DNA of 63,642 bases, filler included. It is 7 parts of 7 records of this genome, joined end to end, with 100 filler letters (N's around TTAATTAATTAA, not from the genome) between each part and the next. Parts side by side here need not be neighbours in the genome. Positions count along the whole stretch, not along the records: positions 46,430 to 54,483 come from DRR723986_22854; positions 54,584 to 63,642 come from DRR723986_22883; 5 more parts are not named here. One strand, 5' to 3'. The first letter of the stretch is position 1. Each line of letters begins with the position of its first letter. The position numbers and the translations under genes are program-made. The notes under the pieces were generated by a model. That model made no database searches and was not told the DNA's origin. It was given only the letters and a program-made list of their open reading frames with translations. Below are positions 48,544-58,681 of the stretch, in pieces.

Positions 48544-51132
48544 TCACTCCTGGCCTAGAGCAGCACCGCTAATCATGTCACCAAAGAACAGTGCATTCAA
48601 CAAAATCTTGGAAGCGCCGAACCACTTGGCGCGGAATGCCGGATGATCAGCCAGCATAATTACACGCCCGCGCCCACGCCGCTGCGCCAGGACCGCAGCC
48701 GATCCGGCCAAAGTTTTGCTATTTTCATTGGAAAGGTAGCCGCTCATCACCGGATCCTCATCATACACAAAAGGTACGGCGTAGCGGTTTTTAGGCAATT
48801 CAATGAAGTCGTCATTGGTGCGCATAAACGCCACGGTGTCACGCTGCATACCATATGCCAGCGGATGTGTCGCGTCTACCGTGGCAGCTACAATCACACC
48901 ACCTACATTCTGAGCGCCGCGGTCGGCAAAGATTTTTCCATAGGGACGGCGGGTGCTGTCCGCAGATTCGTTTTTGCGCATGTTAACTTTAACGACGCCG
49001 TTCCTGGCCAGCCAGCCGATCGAATTTTCCGTGGCAATTAACTTACCACCACGCAATACCCAGCCGCGCAATGCTTCAGCGGAAGTACTGTCCACCGCCG
49101 AGAACCATCCGGCGGTAACAATTATGTCACTGTAGCGACTCAGGTTAAGCCTGTCCAGGTCGTGAATATCGAGCAGGCTTACCTGCATGCCGATCCGCTC
49201 TTCCAGGAGGTGCCAAATCGCTCCGGCGCTGGGACCATAAATTCCGTCACCTACCAGCAGGCCAATTTCCGGCTGCTGCAGAGCGCTCAGCGAAGGGCTG
49301 CCCAGATCGGCTCCAACAATACTTAAACCGCCGTCGATCGCGCGAATCTGAATACCTTCGGTCTGCGAAGCCACATCCAGCATGTCTTCAATTATCTGGC
49401 GTTTTTCCGGCTGCAGACCAATCGGCACAATCACATGTGTGCCTTCAAAGCTTGTTGAAACGCCGGCGCTTCTAGTTCTAAAGGTGTTCGGCGCAATTCG
49501 TACGCGCACATCGGCATCCAGTAATTGTGTTAACACGCGGGCCGAATAGAACTCGCTCCAGGGAAAGGCATACGCACTTGCACCGCGCACAATCGGCTGC
49601 GGGCTCTCGTCCGGCAGCGCCTGCAACGGCGCACCAACGCCAAGACTTGACAGCCGCCCAGCCGCAAGATCACGGGCCGGAATGCCGAATGCCAACGGAA
49701 TTGTCCAGGCCGAAACATCATAGAATAAAGAGTCGCGGAATTCAGTCCGCCGCTCAAACATCGAACGAATCAGGCGGTGCTGCGGCTGGTCGTAGTTAAC
49801 AACATACGCTGCGCCGGCCTTAAACTCCTGGCCGCCAACAGTTGCGCTGCGCGTCAGCGGACGCACATCAATATTGTGGCGCATCAGCAGCTCAAGCATA
49901 TGCCGCAGACGGCCTTTATCACCATCGTCGCCAAAAACGGTAGCAGCCACGGAATAACTGCGCGCATCCGCGCGCGCAGTATTGAAGAATTTGCTCTGGT
50001 AACTGATCAGCTCCGCACGTTTGTCCTGCGCGCCACGCAGCGTCGAGATTGAAGTTGTTATTTGATTGCGGATCGCAAATGGGAAGGTCACCACGCCGTT
50101 GTCGGTCTCGCGGGCATGCCCGCGCGCACTGCCCTGCTCAAACAGAATGCCAATTGAGCCATTGATGTCCGGGTAGGTCGAACCTTTGCCGATGTAAAAG
50201 TCATCAAAAGATTCGCCGGTATAATACAGGGAACCAATGCCATCCAGCGCGTGCCCATGATGTTCGGCCAAATGCCGCGTCATCTCATAATTCTGCGGCG
50301 GGGTTAGTGGGTTATTGCGCGAACTGATTCCAGGCTGGAAAAAGTAAGTGCGATGCCCGCCCATCTCATGTACATCGGTCAGAACATGCGGCAACCATTG
50401 ATGATACAGACGCAGACGCCCCTGAGACTCAGGATGCTGCGCCGGAAGCCAGTCGCGATTTAAGTCAAACCAAAAGTGATTGGTGCGCCCACCCGGCCAG
50501 GCTTCGTGATGCTCATAATGCTGCGGGTCTGGGTTGGCGAGCGGACCGTGGAAACTGTTAACCCATTGCGTAAAACGCGCCAGGCCGTCAGGATTGTACA
50601 CCGGATCAAGTAGTACAACGGTGTTCTGCAAGAGCTCGCGCACAAATGGATCGCGCGATGCCGCCAGATAATAAGCCGTCAATACCGCTGCGTTGCTCGC
50701 ACTGGCTTCATTGCCATGCACGCCGTAGCCCAGCCAGACGACCATCGTTTTGGCCGCCTCACCTTTGCGAACGGCTGCACGTTCCTGCAGTATCTGATCG
50801 CGCCGCGCAAGATTGCCCGGAGTAGAAATTGTTAACATCGTCAGCGGACGCTGCTCGTGGGACCGTGCGTACTCTTCGATTTGCACACGTTCGGACGTCT
50901 CGGCCAGCACACGCATGTAGCGCGTGATGTGCTCGGGATGCCAATGCAGCTCACCGGGTAAATACCCTACCACCGCATCGGGCGTCGGAACTGCCGGATC
51001 TACGTCCGTTAAGTCAGGAAAATAGTAGCTGAGTTCCACCTCTTCTGCGGCGTGTAGCGGAAGCACGGCAGAAAAACCAAAGAGGCAGACAAGCAGGAAA
51101 TATTCAATCGGAAGGTTTGGCGGGCGACGCAT
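48544..51132 (-). CDS. M14-family zinc carboxypeptidase with C-terminal glutamine-amidotransferase-like domain
   Basis: HGNEAS, NPDG, DLNRDW, DVHEMG, ILFEQ; signal peptide. Confidence 0.9.
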   Translation of the reverse strand: MRRPPNLPIEYFLLVCLFGFSAVLPLHAAEEVELSYYFPDLTDVDPAVPTPDAVVGYLPGELHWHPEHITRYMRVLAETSERVQIEEYARSHEQRPLTMLTISTPGNLARRDQILQERAAVRKGEAAKTMVVWLGYGVHGNEASASNAAVLTAYYLAASRDPFVRELLQNTVVLLDPVYNPDGLARFTQWVNSFHGPLANPDPQHYEHHEAWPGGRTNHFWFDLNRDWLPAQHPESQGRLRLYHQWLPHVLTDVHEMGGHRTYFFQPGISSRNNPLTPPQNYEMTRHLAEHHGHALDGIGSLYYTGESFDDFYIGKGSTYPDINGSIGILFEQGSARGHARETDNGVVTFPFAIRNQITTSISTLRGAQDKRAELISYQSKFFNTARADARSYSVAATVFGDDGDKGRLRHMLELLMRHNIDVRPLTRSATVGGQEFKAGAAYVVNYDQPQHRLIRSMFERRTEFRDSLFYDVSAWTIPLAFGIPARDLAAGRLSSLGVGAPLQALPDESPQPIVRGASAYAFPWSEFYSARVLTQLLDADVRVRIAPNTFRTRSAGVSTSFEGTHVIVPIGLQPEKRQIIEDMLDVASQTEGIQIRAIDGGLSIVGADLGSPSLSALQQPEIGLLVGDGIYGPSAGAIWHLLEERIGMQVSLLDIHDLDRLNLSRYSDIIVTAGWFSAVDSTSAEALRGWVLRGGKLIATENSIGWLARNGVVKVNMRKNESADSTRRPYGKIFADRGAQNVGGVIVAATVDATHPLAYGMQRDTVAFMRTNDDFIELPKNRYAVPFVYDEDPVMSGYLSNENSKTLAGSAAVLAQRRGRGRVIMLADHPAFRAKWFGASKILLNALFFGDMISGAALGQE

Positions 51133-51359
51133 GCAGACTCGCACTTTGCTCGTAAAAGCCTGCAATATACGTTATCCGCAGCGGAATGCCGGAATGTTAC
51201 ACTTCAACCGACGCAGTGACAGTGTCGGGCTGCGCAGCGAGAAGGTCAAGCGAAGACTGAATCAATCGACGACTTCTCGCTGCTGCAACATGTACTAACA
51301 AGAAAACTCATGCTATTTCAAGAAAACACGTAAAAAGTCAGACCAGAGCGTTAGAGAAA

Positions 51360-52100
51360 CTACTCCACGACTTCAAAACGCTGCAGAACAAACATCGCTT
51401 GATATTCGATTGGCCCCAATTCGGCATGCTCTAAAATACCAAAGAGCTGAATCTCCAGATTGTGAATTTGCGGAACGTGCTGATCTGGCGAAAGTGAGAT
51501 AAATGCTTCACAACTCAAGCTACCTTCCGGGGAAATTTTGCCCAAGGTTTCCTCCCGCACAATACCAAAATCGACTGTAGCGGCGTTCTCAATCGGAACA
51601 TCCAAAGGTAAACTGATGCCCGGCGTAAACGAAAGCATTTTGATGTCTTTCAGATCAATTTCTACGTGAGTGGCAACCGGTATAGGACCCAACTCCGGGA
51701 AAAAGTAGAAAGGGTATTCACTCAGTTCGGTGCGCTCCAACTCAAAGCTGATATCCATCAGTGTTTGATTTGGCTCATTCGTGCTCTCCTCGCTCACGGC
51801 CAGAGAGTAACTCAGGACGTCAAGCGACCAGAATTCAGGAAGAGCACCACCGAACTGCCCATGAATCGGAACAGACCAGAACGCTTCGATTGGGCTCAGG
51901 AGATAGGCGTAATCGGGCGTGGGGTCTTCGTCCCTGGGCTTTTCACCCGGTCCTACCCAGTCAATCGTATCAATATTGAGCGGTTCGTCGATTGAGTCAA
52001 GCGGCGAATCGCAGCTGCTGGTGCCCAGTCCGAGCAGTATGAAGCACAGCAGCACTAGTGGCAGAGCCACTGATCGTTTAGAATCTATAGGAGATACCAT
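51360..52100 (-). CDS. Hypothetical lipoprotein
   Basis: Lipobox LGTSSC-D; start overlaps the end of the upstream gene. Confidence 0.65.
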   Translation of the reverse strand: MVSPIDSKRSVALPLVLLCFILLGLGTSSCDSPLDSIDEPLNIDTIDWVGPGEKPRDEDPTPDYAYLLSPIEAFWSVPIHGQFGGALPEFWSLDVLSYSLAVSEESTNEPNQTLMDISFELERTELSEYPFYFFPELGPIPVATHVEIDLKDIKMLSFTPGISLPLDVPIENAATVDFGIVREETLGKISPEGSLSCEAFISLSPDQHVPQIHNLEIQLFGILEHAELGPIEYQAMFVLQRFEVVE

Positions 52101-53553
52101 ATGTCAATCCAATGTTTTGCGTGTTAAACCACACTCCGTCTACCGGGAATAACAGATAACTTGTTTCCAGTCCCAGCACGGCCGAGACGTTATTCGAAAG
52201 CTGGCTTTCGATCCCCAATTGCGCGCGTCCCAGCGCACCAATGGCGGCGCCACCAAGCGCAAACTGCACGTAGGGTTTGGCCAGGCCAGGCTCAAATGGA
52301 CTATAACGCATTCCAAGCGTGCCCCAGAGCATGCTGCTGCGGTGCGTTTTGCTCAGAAGGTAAAGACCGTCCGGCGTTTGGCGCTCATAGTCGAGCAAAA
52401 ATTCCTCGCGGCCAATCTCAAATACAAATTGTGCATTTGAGCCAAAGTCAAAGTTAAACGCCAGACCAAAGTCATTCAGACCCGACGTCGCGCCGGAAGC
52501 CACGTCCGACGACGGCACTGACTGCATCGCCAGCGAACGCACCGACATGCCGATTTCAACTTCGGAGGCAGCATCACCGGTCGCCTCAAAAATGCTGAAG
52601 GGCTCAAAGTCCTGATGCTGTGGGCTCGAAGTCGGCGGACTTGCGGCGCCCAACTCAAAGTCTTTGAGCGTCGATTGTGCCAGCAGCACCGGCACGTCTT
52701 CAGCCTCAAAATCTTCAGTTGCAGTAGCTCCGCCGTTCAGATTATCGGTCGGATCCAAGTCTTGCGCCTGTGAGTTTTCAGCCAGATTCGAGGCGCCTGC
52801 AGCACGGCCGGAAGCCTCGCCCAAGGCATTTGCATCCAAGGTCTGACCAGCCGGCGGCGACGCAGTATTATTGGCTTGCGCTACAGCAGTTGAAGCACTG
52901 CCGGCGGCGACATCAAGATTCTCGGCGCCAAGGTTATCGGCGCTACCGTTATCGGCGCCACCGTTATTGGCGCCACTGTCACCGGCAGCCGGCTTACCAG
53001 CATCGGGATTGCCGGCTAAACTCGCCGCGCCTGCGCGCGTTACAGTGTTGCTGCCTGCGGCGGCGACTGAGCCCGAATTATTCACGGCGTTTGCCTCTGC
53101 GACAGCCGCGGCAGCGCTTAGGTCTTCCGCTGCGTGGTTTTCCGGCAGCCGCAGCGAATGTGCGTCGGCCAGCGGCGCGTCTTCCAGCGAATTCGCGGAT
53201 GTATTAAAGGCGTCGATTCCAAGGATTGCCAGCCCCATAACACAGGCGCCTACGAGCGCGGCTCCAACGTTACTTCCGCTAAAGACGTCGCGCAGTCGCG
53301 AGGCCAGGGCGGCACCACCGGCAGCTCCAATCGGAGCACTGTAGCCCAGCCGCGCAAACACTGCGTTGACTGAACTCGGTGGCGGAACGAAGGCGGCGCG
53401 GTCATTGCGCACGGCCGACTTCATCGCCAGGCTCAATTTAAAGTCGGCACGAAGTTCTTCGTCGGCGGCCAGCGCGCTGAACAGGTGTTGTTCCTGTTCG
53501 GCCGGCAGGCTGCCCTGCGCAACGAAGTCTTCGACCAATTCTGTATAGTTCAT
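52078..53553 (-). CDS. Putative anti-sigma factor with TM, low-complexity linker and C-terminal outer-membrane beta-barrel
   Basis: Directly downstream of the ECF sigma; N-terminal helical domain; hydrophobic segment; A/G/N/D-rich linker; amphipathic strands ending GLTYGISYRF. Confidence 0.68.
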   Translation of the reverse strand: MNYTELVEDFVAQGSLPAEQEQHLFSALAADEELRADFKLSLAMKSAVRNDRAAFVPPPSSVNAVFARLGYSAPIGAAGGAALASRLRDVFSGSNVGAALVGACVMGLAILGIDAFNTSANSLEDAPLADAHSLRLPENHAAEDLSAAAAVAEANAVNNSGSVAAAGSNTVTRAGAASLAGNPDAGKPAAGDSGANNGGADNGSADNLGAENLDVAAGSASTAVAQANNTASPPAGQTLDANALGEASGRAAGASNLAENSQAQDLDPTDNLNGGATATEDFEAEDVPVLLAQSTLKDFELGAASPPTSSPQHQDFEPFSIFEATGDAASEVEIGMSVRSLAMQSVPSSDVASGATSGLNDFGLAFNFDFGSNAQFVFEIGREEFLLDYERQTPDGLYLLSKTHRSSMLWGTLGMRYSPFEPGLAKPYVQFALGGAAIGALGRAQLGIESQLSNNVSAVLGLETSYLLFPVDGVWFNTQNIGLTYGISYRF

Positions 53554-53603
53554 AGTTAACTCCTGGTGTGGCCGGCACTGCCGCGCCGCAACCAACACCT
53601 GTA

Positions 53604-54188
53604 TCAGATGGCGAGAATGTCCCGCACGTATGGTTTCAAGATCGTCTTGATTTTCTGCTTGGCGCGGTGCACACGAATTTTGGCCGTCGCCAGTGTTGTT
53701 CCCGTCGCTTCCGCAACCTCGGCATAGGAAAGACCCTGATATTCGCGCAGCACAAAGGCTTCACGGTAGTCAAAGTCAAGCAGGTCCAGCGCCGTGGCAA
53801 TCAGATTCATCAGCTCTTCACTTTCATAATTATGTGTAAAGACTTCAAAATCATAATCTTCAATCGGCACGGTATTACGCCGTTTTTTGGACTTCAGATG
53901 GTTCAGACACAGGTTTTTGCTGATTGTAAACAAAAAGCCCGTCAGATTCTGCATCTCAGCCCCGTCGCGCAGCGCCTTGTGGAAGCGCACGAATGTTTCC
54001 TGGAACACGTCTTCGGCCGCTTCCTGATCGTTCAGGATTCTGTAGGCGTAGGCGTGTATTCGCGAGGAATAGCGATTAAACAGCTCACTAAATGCCGCTT
54101 CAGCCTCGCGCCGCGAACCGCGCACCATCTGGCACAGTTCGTGGTCATCGAGTTTGAGAACTTTTTTACGGCGTCCGATCACAGTCAC
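53604..54188 (-). CDS. ECF RNA polymerase sigma-70 factor
   Basis: AEDVFQETF (region 2); YREAFVLREYQGLSYAEVA...KIRVHRAK (region 4). Confidence 0.95.
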   Translation of the reverse strand: MTVIGRRKKVLKLDDHELCQMVRGSRREAEAAFSELFNRYSSRIHAYAYRILNDQEAAEDVFQETFVRFHKALRDGAEMQNLTGFLFTISKNLCLNHLKSKKRRNTVPIEDYDFEVFTHNYESEELMNLIATALDLLDFDYREAFVLREYQGLSYAEVAEATGTTLATAKIRVHRAKQKIKTILKPYVRDILAI

Positions 54189-54483
54189 ACACTTTCATTC
54201 GTTCCAGCGGCTTCAGCGGCCGCGCGCTGCCGAATCTCGGCGTTCTATGGCTGACAAACAACCCATCCAAAAATTCGATACATACTTATTTACCAAAAAT
54301 AGAAAAATGTGCTGCACGGGCCTCAGAGCGCCTCGCCCCTCTCACCAGTTCGGTGGCTTGCTTTTTCTTTTTGTTAGTCACTGTTGCAGCAGAATCATAG
54401 CTCTTGAGGCTGGAGCCTTTTTGGCATTGAGTCGCTGAGCGCCGTGGCGCCAGGCTAAAGACGATCAGCGCAGTGGCTCCTAG

Positions 54484-54583
54484 NNNNNNNNNNNNNNNNN
54501 NNNNNNNNNNNNNNNNNNNNNNNNNNNTTAATTAATTAANNNNNNNNNNNNNNNNNNNNNNNNNNNNNNNNNNNNNNNNNNNN
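54484..54583. other. Artificial contig spacer
   Basis: N44-TTAATTAATTAA-N44. Confidence 0.99.
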
Positions 54584-54906
54584 ATCTTGGCGCGGTCGAC
54601 GTTCTCTTCCTGAGAGGCGACGATCTTGCCCTTGATGTCGGTGAGAAGGTCGGTGACGGTCTCGGCCGCCTGACGGGCCACGGACACCGTCGATTGGCCC
54701 AGGTTGAGGCTGTCGGTGATGCCCTTGAAGCCCTTGACGTCGGCCTCCATGACCTTGGAGATCGCCCAGACGGCAGAGTTGTCCTTCGCGTTTGCGACCC
54801 GCTTGCCGGTCGAGATCTGCGACTGCGTGTCGGCGAGGTTGGAGTTGATGGACTTGAGGGTCTGCAGCGCCACCATGGCGCCGTTGTTCGTCAGGATGCT
54901 AGACAT
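54584..54906 (-). CDS. fliC: Flagellin, 3'-truncated
   Basis: MSSILTNNGAMVALQTL...QISTGKRVANAKDNSAVWAIS. Confidence 0.93.
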
Positions 54907-55057
54907 AGAGAGTGTCCTTGGAGTTCTCGAGGCGCTTTTGCGCCGGTTGCATTCGCCGCGTACGGCATCTCTTCCGTCTTTCTGACGTATGCAGCCCGAC
55001 CCTTTGTCAGCCTGCGCCACCCCGATCGAGGTGCGCGGCCAATGTCGCCCGGAGGTC

Positions 55058-55072
55058 CTAACGAAGCGCTAA
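55058..55072. promoter_or_regulatory. Degenerate CtrA-type box upstream of flagellin
   Basis: CTAA-N7-CTAA versus consensus TTAA-N7-TTAA. Confidence 0.45.
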
Positions 55073-55110
55073 ACCCTCCCCCGATGATTCCGACCATTTG
55101 AACCAAATCA

Positions 55111-55452
55111 TCACGCGCGACGCTCCAGCGTGCGGCTGACCGGGGCATCTATCGTCGTCCGGCGGCCCTGCGCGTCATATGTATCCATGGACCGCCTCAC
55201 GCGGTTGAGGTCCGTCAGCCGGGCGGCCACGTTGCGCAGGCCCGCCAGAGCATGGTCGAAAAGCTCCTGATTGCGCCGCAGACCGTCGCGCAGCGGTTCA
55301 ACCTCTTCGACGGGAAGGGATGCGCCCTCCAGCTCCGCGATAAGCTGGCGTTTCTCTTCCATCAGCAGGGCGATGCGGTCGAAATCCCCATCGAGCAGGG
55401 CATTGCGTTCGGCATCCAGAAGGGCCGCCAGTCGGCTCGTTGCGTCAGTCAT
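55111..55452 (-). CDS. flgN: Flagellar chaperone FlgN-like protein
   Basis: LLDAERNALL.GDF, RRNQELF, TYDAQG; flagellin-flgN-flgJ synteny. Confidence 0.75.
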   Translation of the reverse strand: MTDATSRLAALLDAERNALLDGDFDRIALLMEEKRQLIAELEGASLPVEEVEPLRDGLRRNQELFDHALAGLRNVAARLTDLNRVRRSMDTYDAQGRRTTIDAPVSRTLERRA

Positions 55453-55711
55453 GGAGTCTCTCCTTCAGGGAGTCATAGATTGCCTCGGCAAGGCCGATAC
55501 CGCCCTTGCTGCTCATCTGGCGGGCCTGTTCCATCCGCATGAACGAGGCGAATTGATCCTCGCCCGCGCCGCCGCCGAAGGCCTCCGGCGTCTTGCCAAC
55601 CCCGGCGGACTTCAGCATCTCCGCCAGGAAATTGGCCTCCAGCTCCTGCGCGGCCGTGCGCAGGGCCTTGTCCGCAGCCGGCTGCGGCGTCTGTGACGTC
55701 TGAATGATCAT
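55445..55711 (-). CDS. flgJ: Rod-binding protein (single-domain FlgJ)
   Basis: AAQELEANFLAEMLKSAG, FGGGAGEDQFASF, GGIGLAE. Confidence 0.88.
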   Translation of the reverse strand: MIIQTSQTPQPAADKALRTAAQELEANFLAEMLKSAGVGKTPEAFGGGAGEDQFASFMRMEQARQMSSKGGIGLAEAIYDSLKERLHD

Positions 55712-55759
55712 GCGTTCCCTCCAATTCGACTCAGTTGCCCATAGCTTGACCGGGACGTC

Positions 55760-55774
55760 GTAAAGATCTGGTAA
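55760..55774. promoter_or_regulatory. Degenerate CtrA-type box between divergent flgJ and fliK
   Basis: GTAA-N7-GTAA. Confidence 0.4.
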
Positions 55775-55822
55775 GGATGTTCGCCCTAGGTTCCCGGGGT
55801 CGGAAGAAGTCCGGAGGCATGG

Positions 55823-58678
55823 ATGTTCACGCAATTGACCGCCCTGTTGGGGCTTGGCGTACAATCGGTCACGAACGGCGGGGGTTCGCGGTCCACGACG
55901 GCAGAGGACTTCTCGGAGATATTCGCATCCTTCGGCGAGGCGGGTGGGGATGCCGGGGCAGGGGTGTTGCCCGAAGAGCCTCGAACGGCTTTGCCGGGCG
56001 ACGCGGCTGAGGCCGTCGACAAGGCCGAATCCGGCCAGGACCCAGAGCAAGATGTCGAAACGGACATCCGAACGGTTGACGGCTTCCCGGAAGCGGAGCC
56101 AGGCGATCCCTTGGCGCAAGCGGTCGCGATCGAACGGCGGGGTTACGGCCAATCTCCTGAACCGGGGGCAGAGCGCGCTCTGTTCGCTAAGGGCGGTCTT
56201 GCAGCGCCGATTGGCGACAGCAGCAGTGATGGCCCTATTGAGTCGCGACGCTCCATCGCTCGGATCGGTGCTGGGCTTGTTTCCGATACGATCAGCGCGA
56301 AGCCGGAACCGGCTTCGGTAGGTCCCGCGTCGGCGGCGACTGAGACGGGTCAGCCATCCAGAGATATACGCACCCCCGCAGCTTCCCTGACTGCGAAAGG
56401 GCGGGCTCTCTCCGAAACGTCGGAGTTGTCGACGTCTGGATCGACTGCGCTCGACCGGCTACCCAAGGCCGGAAAAGGGCCGACGGGTGAACTCGCAACG
56501 GATACGCCGGTCAAGTTCACCCAAGCGCAACTGCCTGCGGGCATGGGGCCCGACTATGCGCCGATAGCGGTCGGGAGCACGCACAAGCTCGAAAGCGCGG
56601 AAGTGGTTTCGGCTTCATCCGGAGAAGGTCTGGATCGGAACCCGGTCCGTTCTGCAATCCTGCCTATTTTTCGCGAGCCGATTGGGTCGAATCCTTCCCC
56701 CGGGACGGGAAATCGAAGGTCATTGCTTGACCCGATGGCCTCTCGACCGACAGGAAGACCGCCCCGAGCGGACGGTGCATCGCAGCCCGATCGGTTTGCA
56801 AATCCCGGAAAGGGGGATGCCATCATTGAGCGGCAACCTGTACATCCAGCACCCCCAGACGTCACCACTGGAGCGGTCGACAATCAGATCACGACCAAGC
56901 GCGCTCTGTCGAGGCCGGTCGCAGCGGTTGTCGATACCATCCCTCACCGCAATATCCCACCGGATTCTCTGGGTGCGGATGACCCAAAGCCTGTCATTCG
57001 CATGGCCGCCTTCGTGCGGGACATCACCCATACCGCGAGGGACGTCCGGAACCCCGTGAATCCGCAGATTTCCATCCCTTCGGAGCGCCCTGTGGGCAGC
57101 GCCCTGCGCGAGGTCGATCAGCCCCCGGAACCAACGACCGAGCCCACCGAACTGCCGAACGAATCGTTGGTCAAGGTCATCGGGCATCGCTCCTCGCCCA
57201 CGTCGATATCGCCCCTCGAGACGCCATGGAACCAACCATCAAGCGCTTCCAAGGAGGAAGAGGCTGTCCGTTCTCCGGCTCTCGCCGAGCGTGAAGCCCT
57301 GCCAACTCGGTCGATCACGTGGCCGACCCTCTCTACCCGCGACGTTTTCGGAACGACCGTGCCCAATGACCAGTTTGCCGATGTTCCGCGGGTGGGGGCG
57401 ATACGTTCGACCATACCGAATACAGAGGTGGGCGTGTCGGCGATACCTGCGGAGTCGTCTGTGCCCCATGGCGCGGAAGACAAAAGGCGCACCCCGCGGC
57501 CAGAGACGGCTCATGTGGCAGCTGTCGTCACGCCTGTCCGCCCGATGTATCAAGTTCAGACCCACCCGGAACAGGTGGCCTCCGATACTTTGACCGAAGG
57601 CCCCGGCGAGGCCCCTCGCACCACATCGGCCGAAAAGGGGCTCTCCAAGGTTCCGGCCGAAGTGATGCCGCAGCGGTCTGCTGCAAGTTCAGAGCCTGTC
57701 GCGATGCGAGCGGCTGAACGCGACCCGGACATCCCGGTCTTCGTGACGCGCCGCGCGAAGGGGATTCCACAAATGCCAGCTTCGGGACACTCCGCACCGG
57801 CGATGCGTGCGGGCCCGCATATTGGAGAGATCGTCGGACCGCCGTCCGCCCCGACGGAGGCCTCGGAGCGTCACGAATTCGCGCGAGCGGGGGGTGATCC
57901 GAATACCCGTCTCCGGTTGTCGGTGGGCGCGGACGCACAGAAAACACTGCCGCCACAATCGGCACCAATGGCTACCCCGGACCCGGGCGCGCCGTCCGTC
58001 GAGGGGCAGGACGGCGACCGGGCGGACGTCGAGCCCCGCGTTCCTCAGCCGGATTCGCGCGTGACGGGCTACCGGGCAGATGCACCTCAAACCGTCGCTG
58101 CAAAAGACGCGCAGCCGGCGACCCGCGTCACGGCGGGCGTATCCCTGCCCGTGACCTCTCCGTTCCTTCTGGACCGTGACGAACCACCTCTGAGCGACGA
58201 TGTCATGGACATGAGCTTTTCCGAAATCCGGGGAAGCGGGGTCGCGCCTTCGCAGCAAACCTCCGCGCAGCTGGCTCTTCACCGATCCGATTCCCCTGCC
58301 GTCATGCGGCAGGTGACGGAAGCCATTTCGCGTATGGCCGAGGACCGCGTCGAGGTGCGCCTCAACCCCGAGGAACTCGGAGGTGTCCGTTTCCGGATCC
58401 AGACCGGCGAGCACGGGCTGATCGTCCATGTCGCAGCCGACAGGCCGGAGACGCTGGACCTCATGCGCCGTCATATCGATCAACTCTCGCGCGATTTTGC
58501 CGAGGCAGGGTATGACGGCGCCAGCTTCAGCTTCGGTGACGACGGGCGGGCCGGACAGGATGCTTCGCGAGATCACCCGGGTGCACCCGTTGAACCGCAG
58601 ACATCCGGGGACACCGCCACGCCGCTTCACCCCGTTCAACCCCAGACCCCCGATGAGGGGCTGGACATCAGGATTTGA
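55823..58678 (+). CDS. fliK: Flagellar hook-length control protein
   Basis: C-terminal RLNPEELGGV...ADRPETLDLMRRHIDQL...GLDIRI; long P/A/S/T-rich N-terminus; precedes flgD. Confidence 0.85.
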   Translation: MFTQLTALLGLGVQSVTNGGGSRSTTAEDFSEIFASFGEAGGDAGAGVLPEEPRTALPGDAAEAVDKAESGQDPEQDVETDIRTVDGFPEAEPGDPLAQAVAIERRGYGQSPEPGAERALFAKGGLAAPIGDSSSDGPIESRRSIARIGAGLVSDTISAKPEPASVGPASAATETGQPSRDIRTPAASLTAKGRALSETSELSTSGSTALDRLPKAGKGPTGELATDTPVKFTQAQLPAGMGPDYAPIAVGSTHKLESAEVVSASSGEGLDRNPVRSAILPIFREPIGSNPSPGTGNRRSLLDPMASRPTGRPPRADGASQPDRFANPGKGDAIIERQPVHPAPPDVTTGAVDNQITTKRALSRPVAAVVDTIPHRNIPPDSLGADDPKPVIRMAAFVRDITHTARDVRNPVNPQISIPSERPVGSALREVDQPPEPTTEPTELPNESLVKVIGHRSSPTSISPLETPWNQPSSASKEEEAVRSPALAEREALPTRSITWPTLSTRDVFGTTVPNDQFADVPRVGAIRSTIPNTEVGVSAIPAESSVPHGAEDKRRTPRPETAHVAAVVTPVRPMYQVQTHPEQVASDTLTEGPGEAPRTTSAEKGLSKVPAEVMPQRSAASSEPVAMRAAERDPDIPVFVTRRAKGIPQMPASGHSAPAMRAGPHIGEIVGPPSAPTEASERHEFARAGGDPNTRLRLSVGADAQKTLPPQSAPMATPDPGAPSVEGQDGDRADVEPRVPQPDSRVTGYRADAPQTVAAKDAQPATRVTAGVSLPVTSPFLLDRDEPPLSDDVMDMSFSEIRGSGVAPSQQTSAQLALHRSDSPAVMRQVTEAISRMAEDRVEVRLNPEELGGVRFRIQTGEHGLIVHVAADRPETLDLMRRHIDQLSRDFAEAGYDGASFSFGDDGRAGQDASRDHPGAPVEPQTSGDTATPLHPVQPQTPDEGLDIRI

Positions 58679-58681
58679 CCC

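Noticed and set aside
9076..54583. Six identical N44-TTAATTAATTAA-N44 blocks that could be mistaken for a repeat family
   Set aside because: Artificial linkers joining unrelated contigs; no gene-neighbourhood inference was made across them
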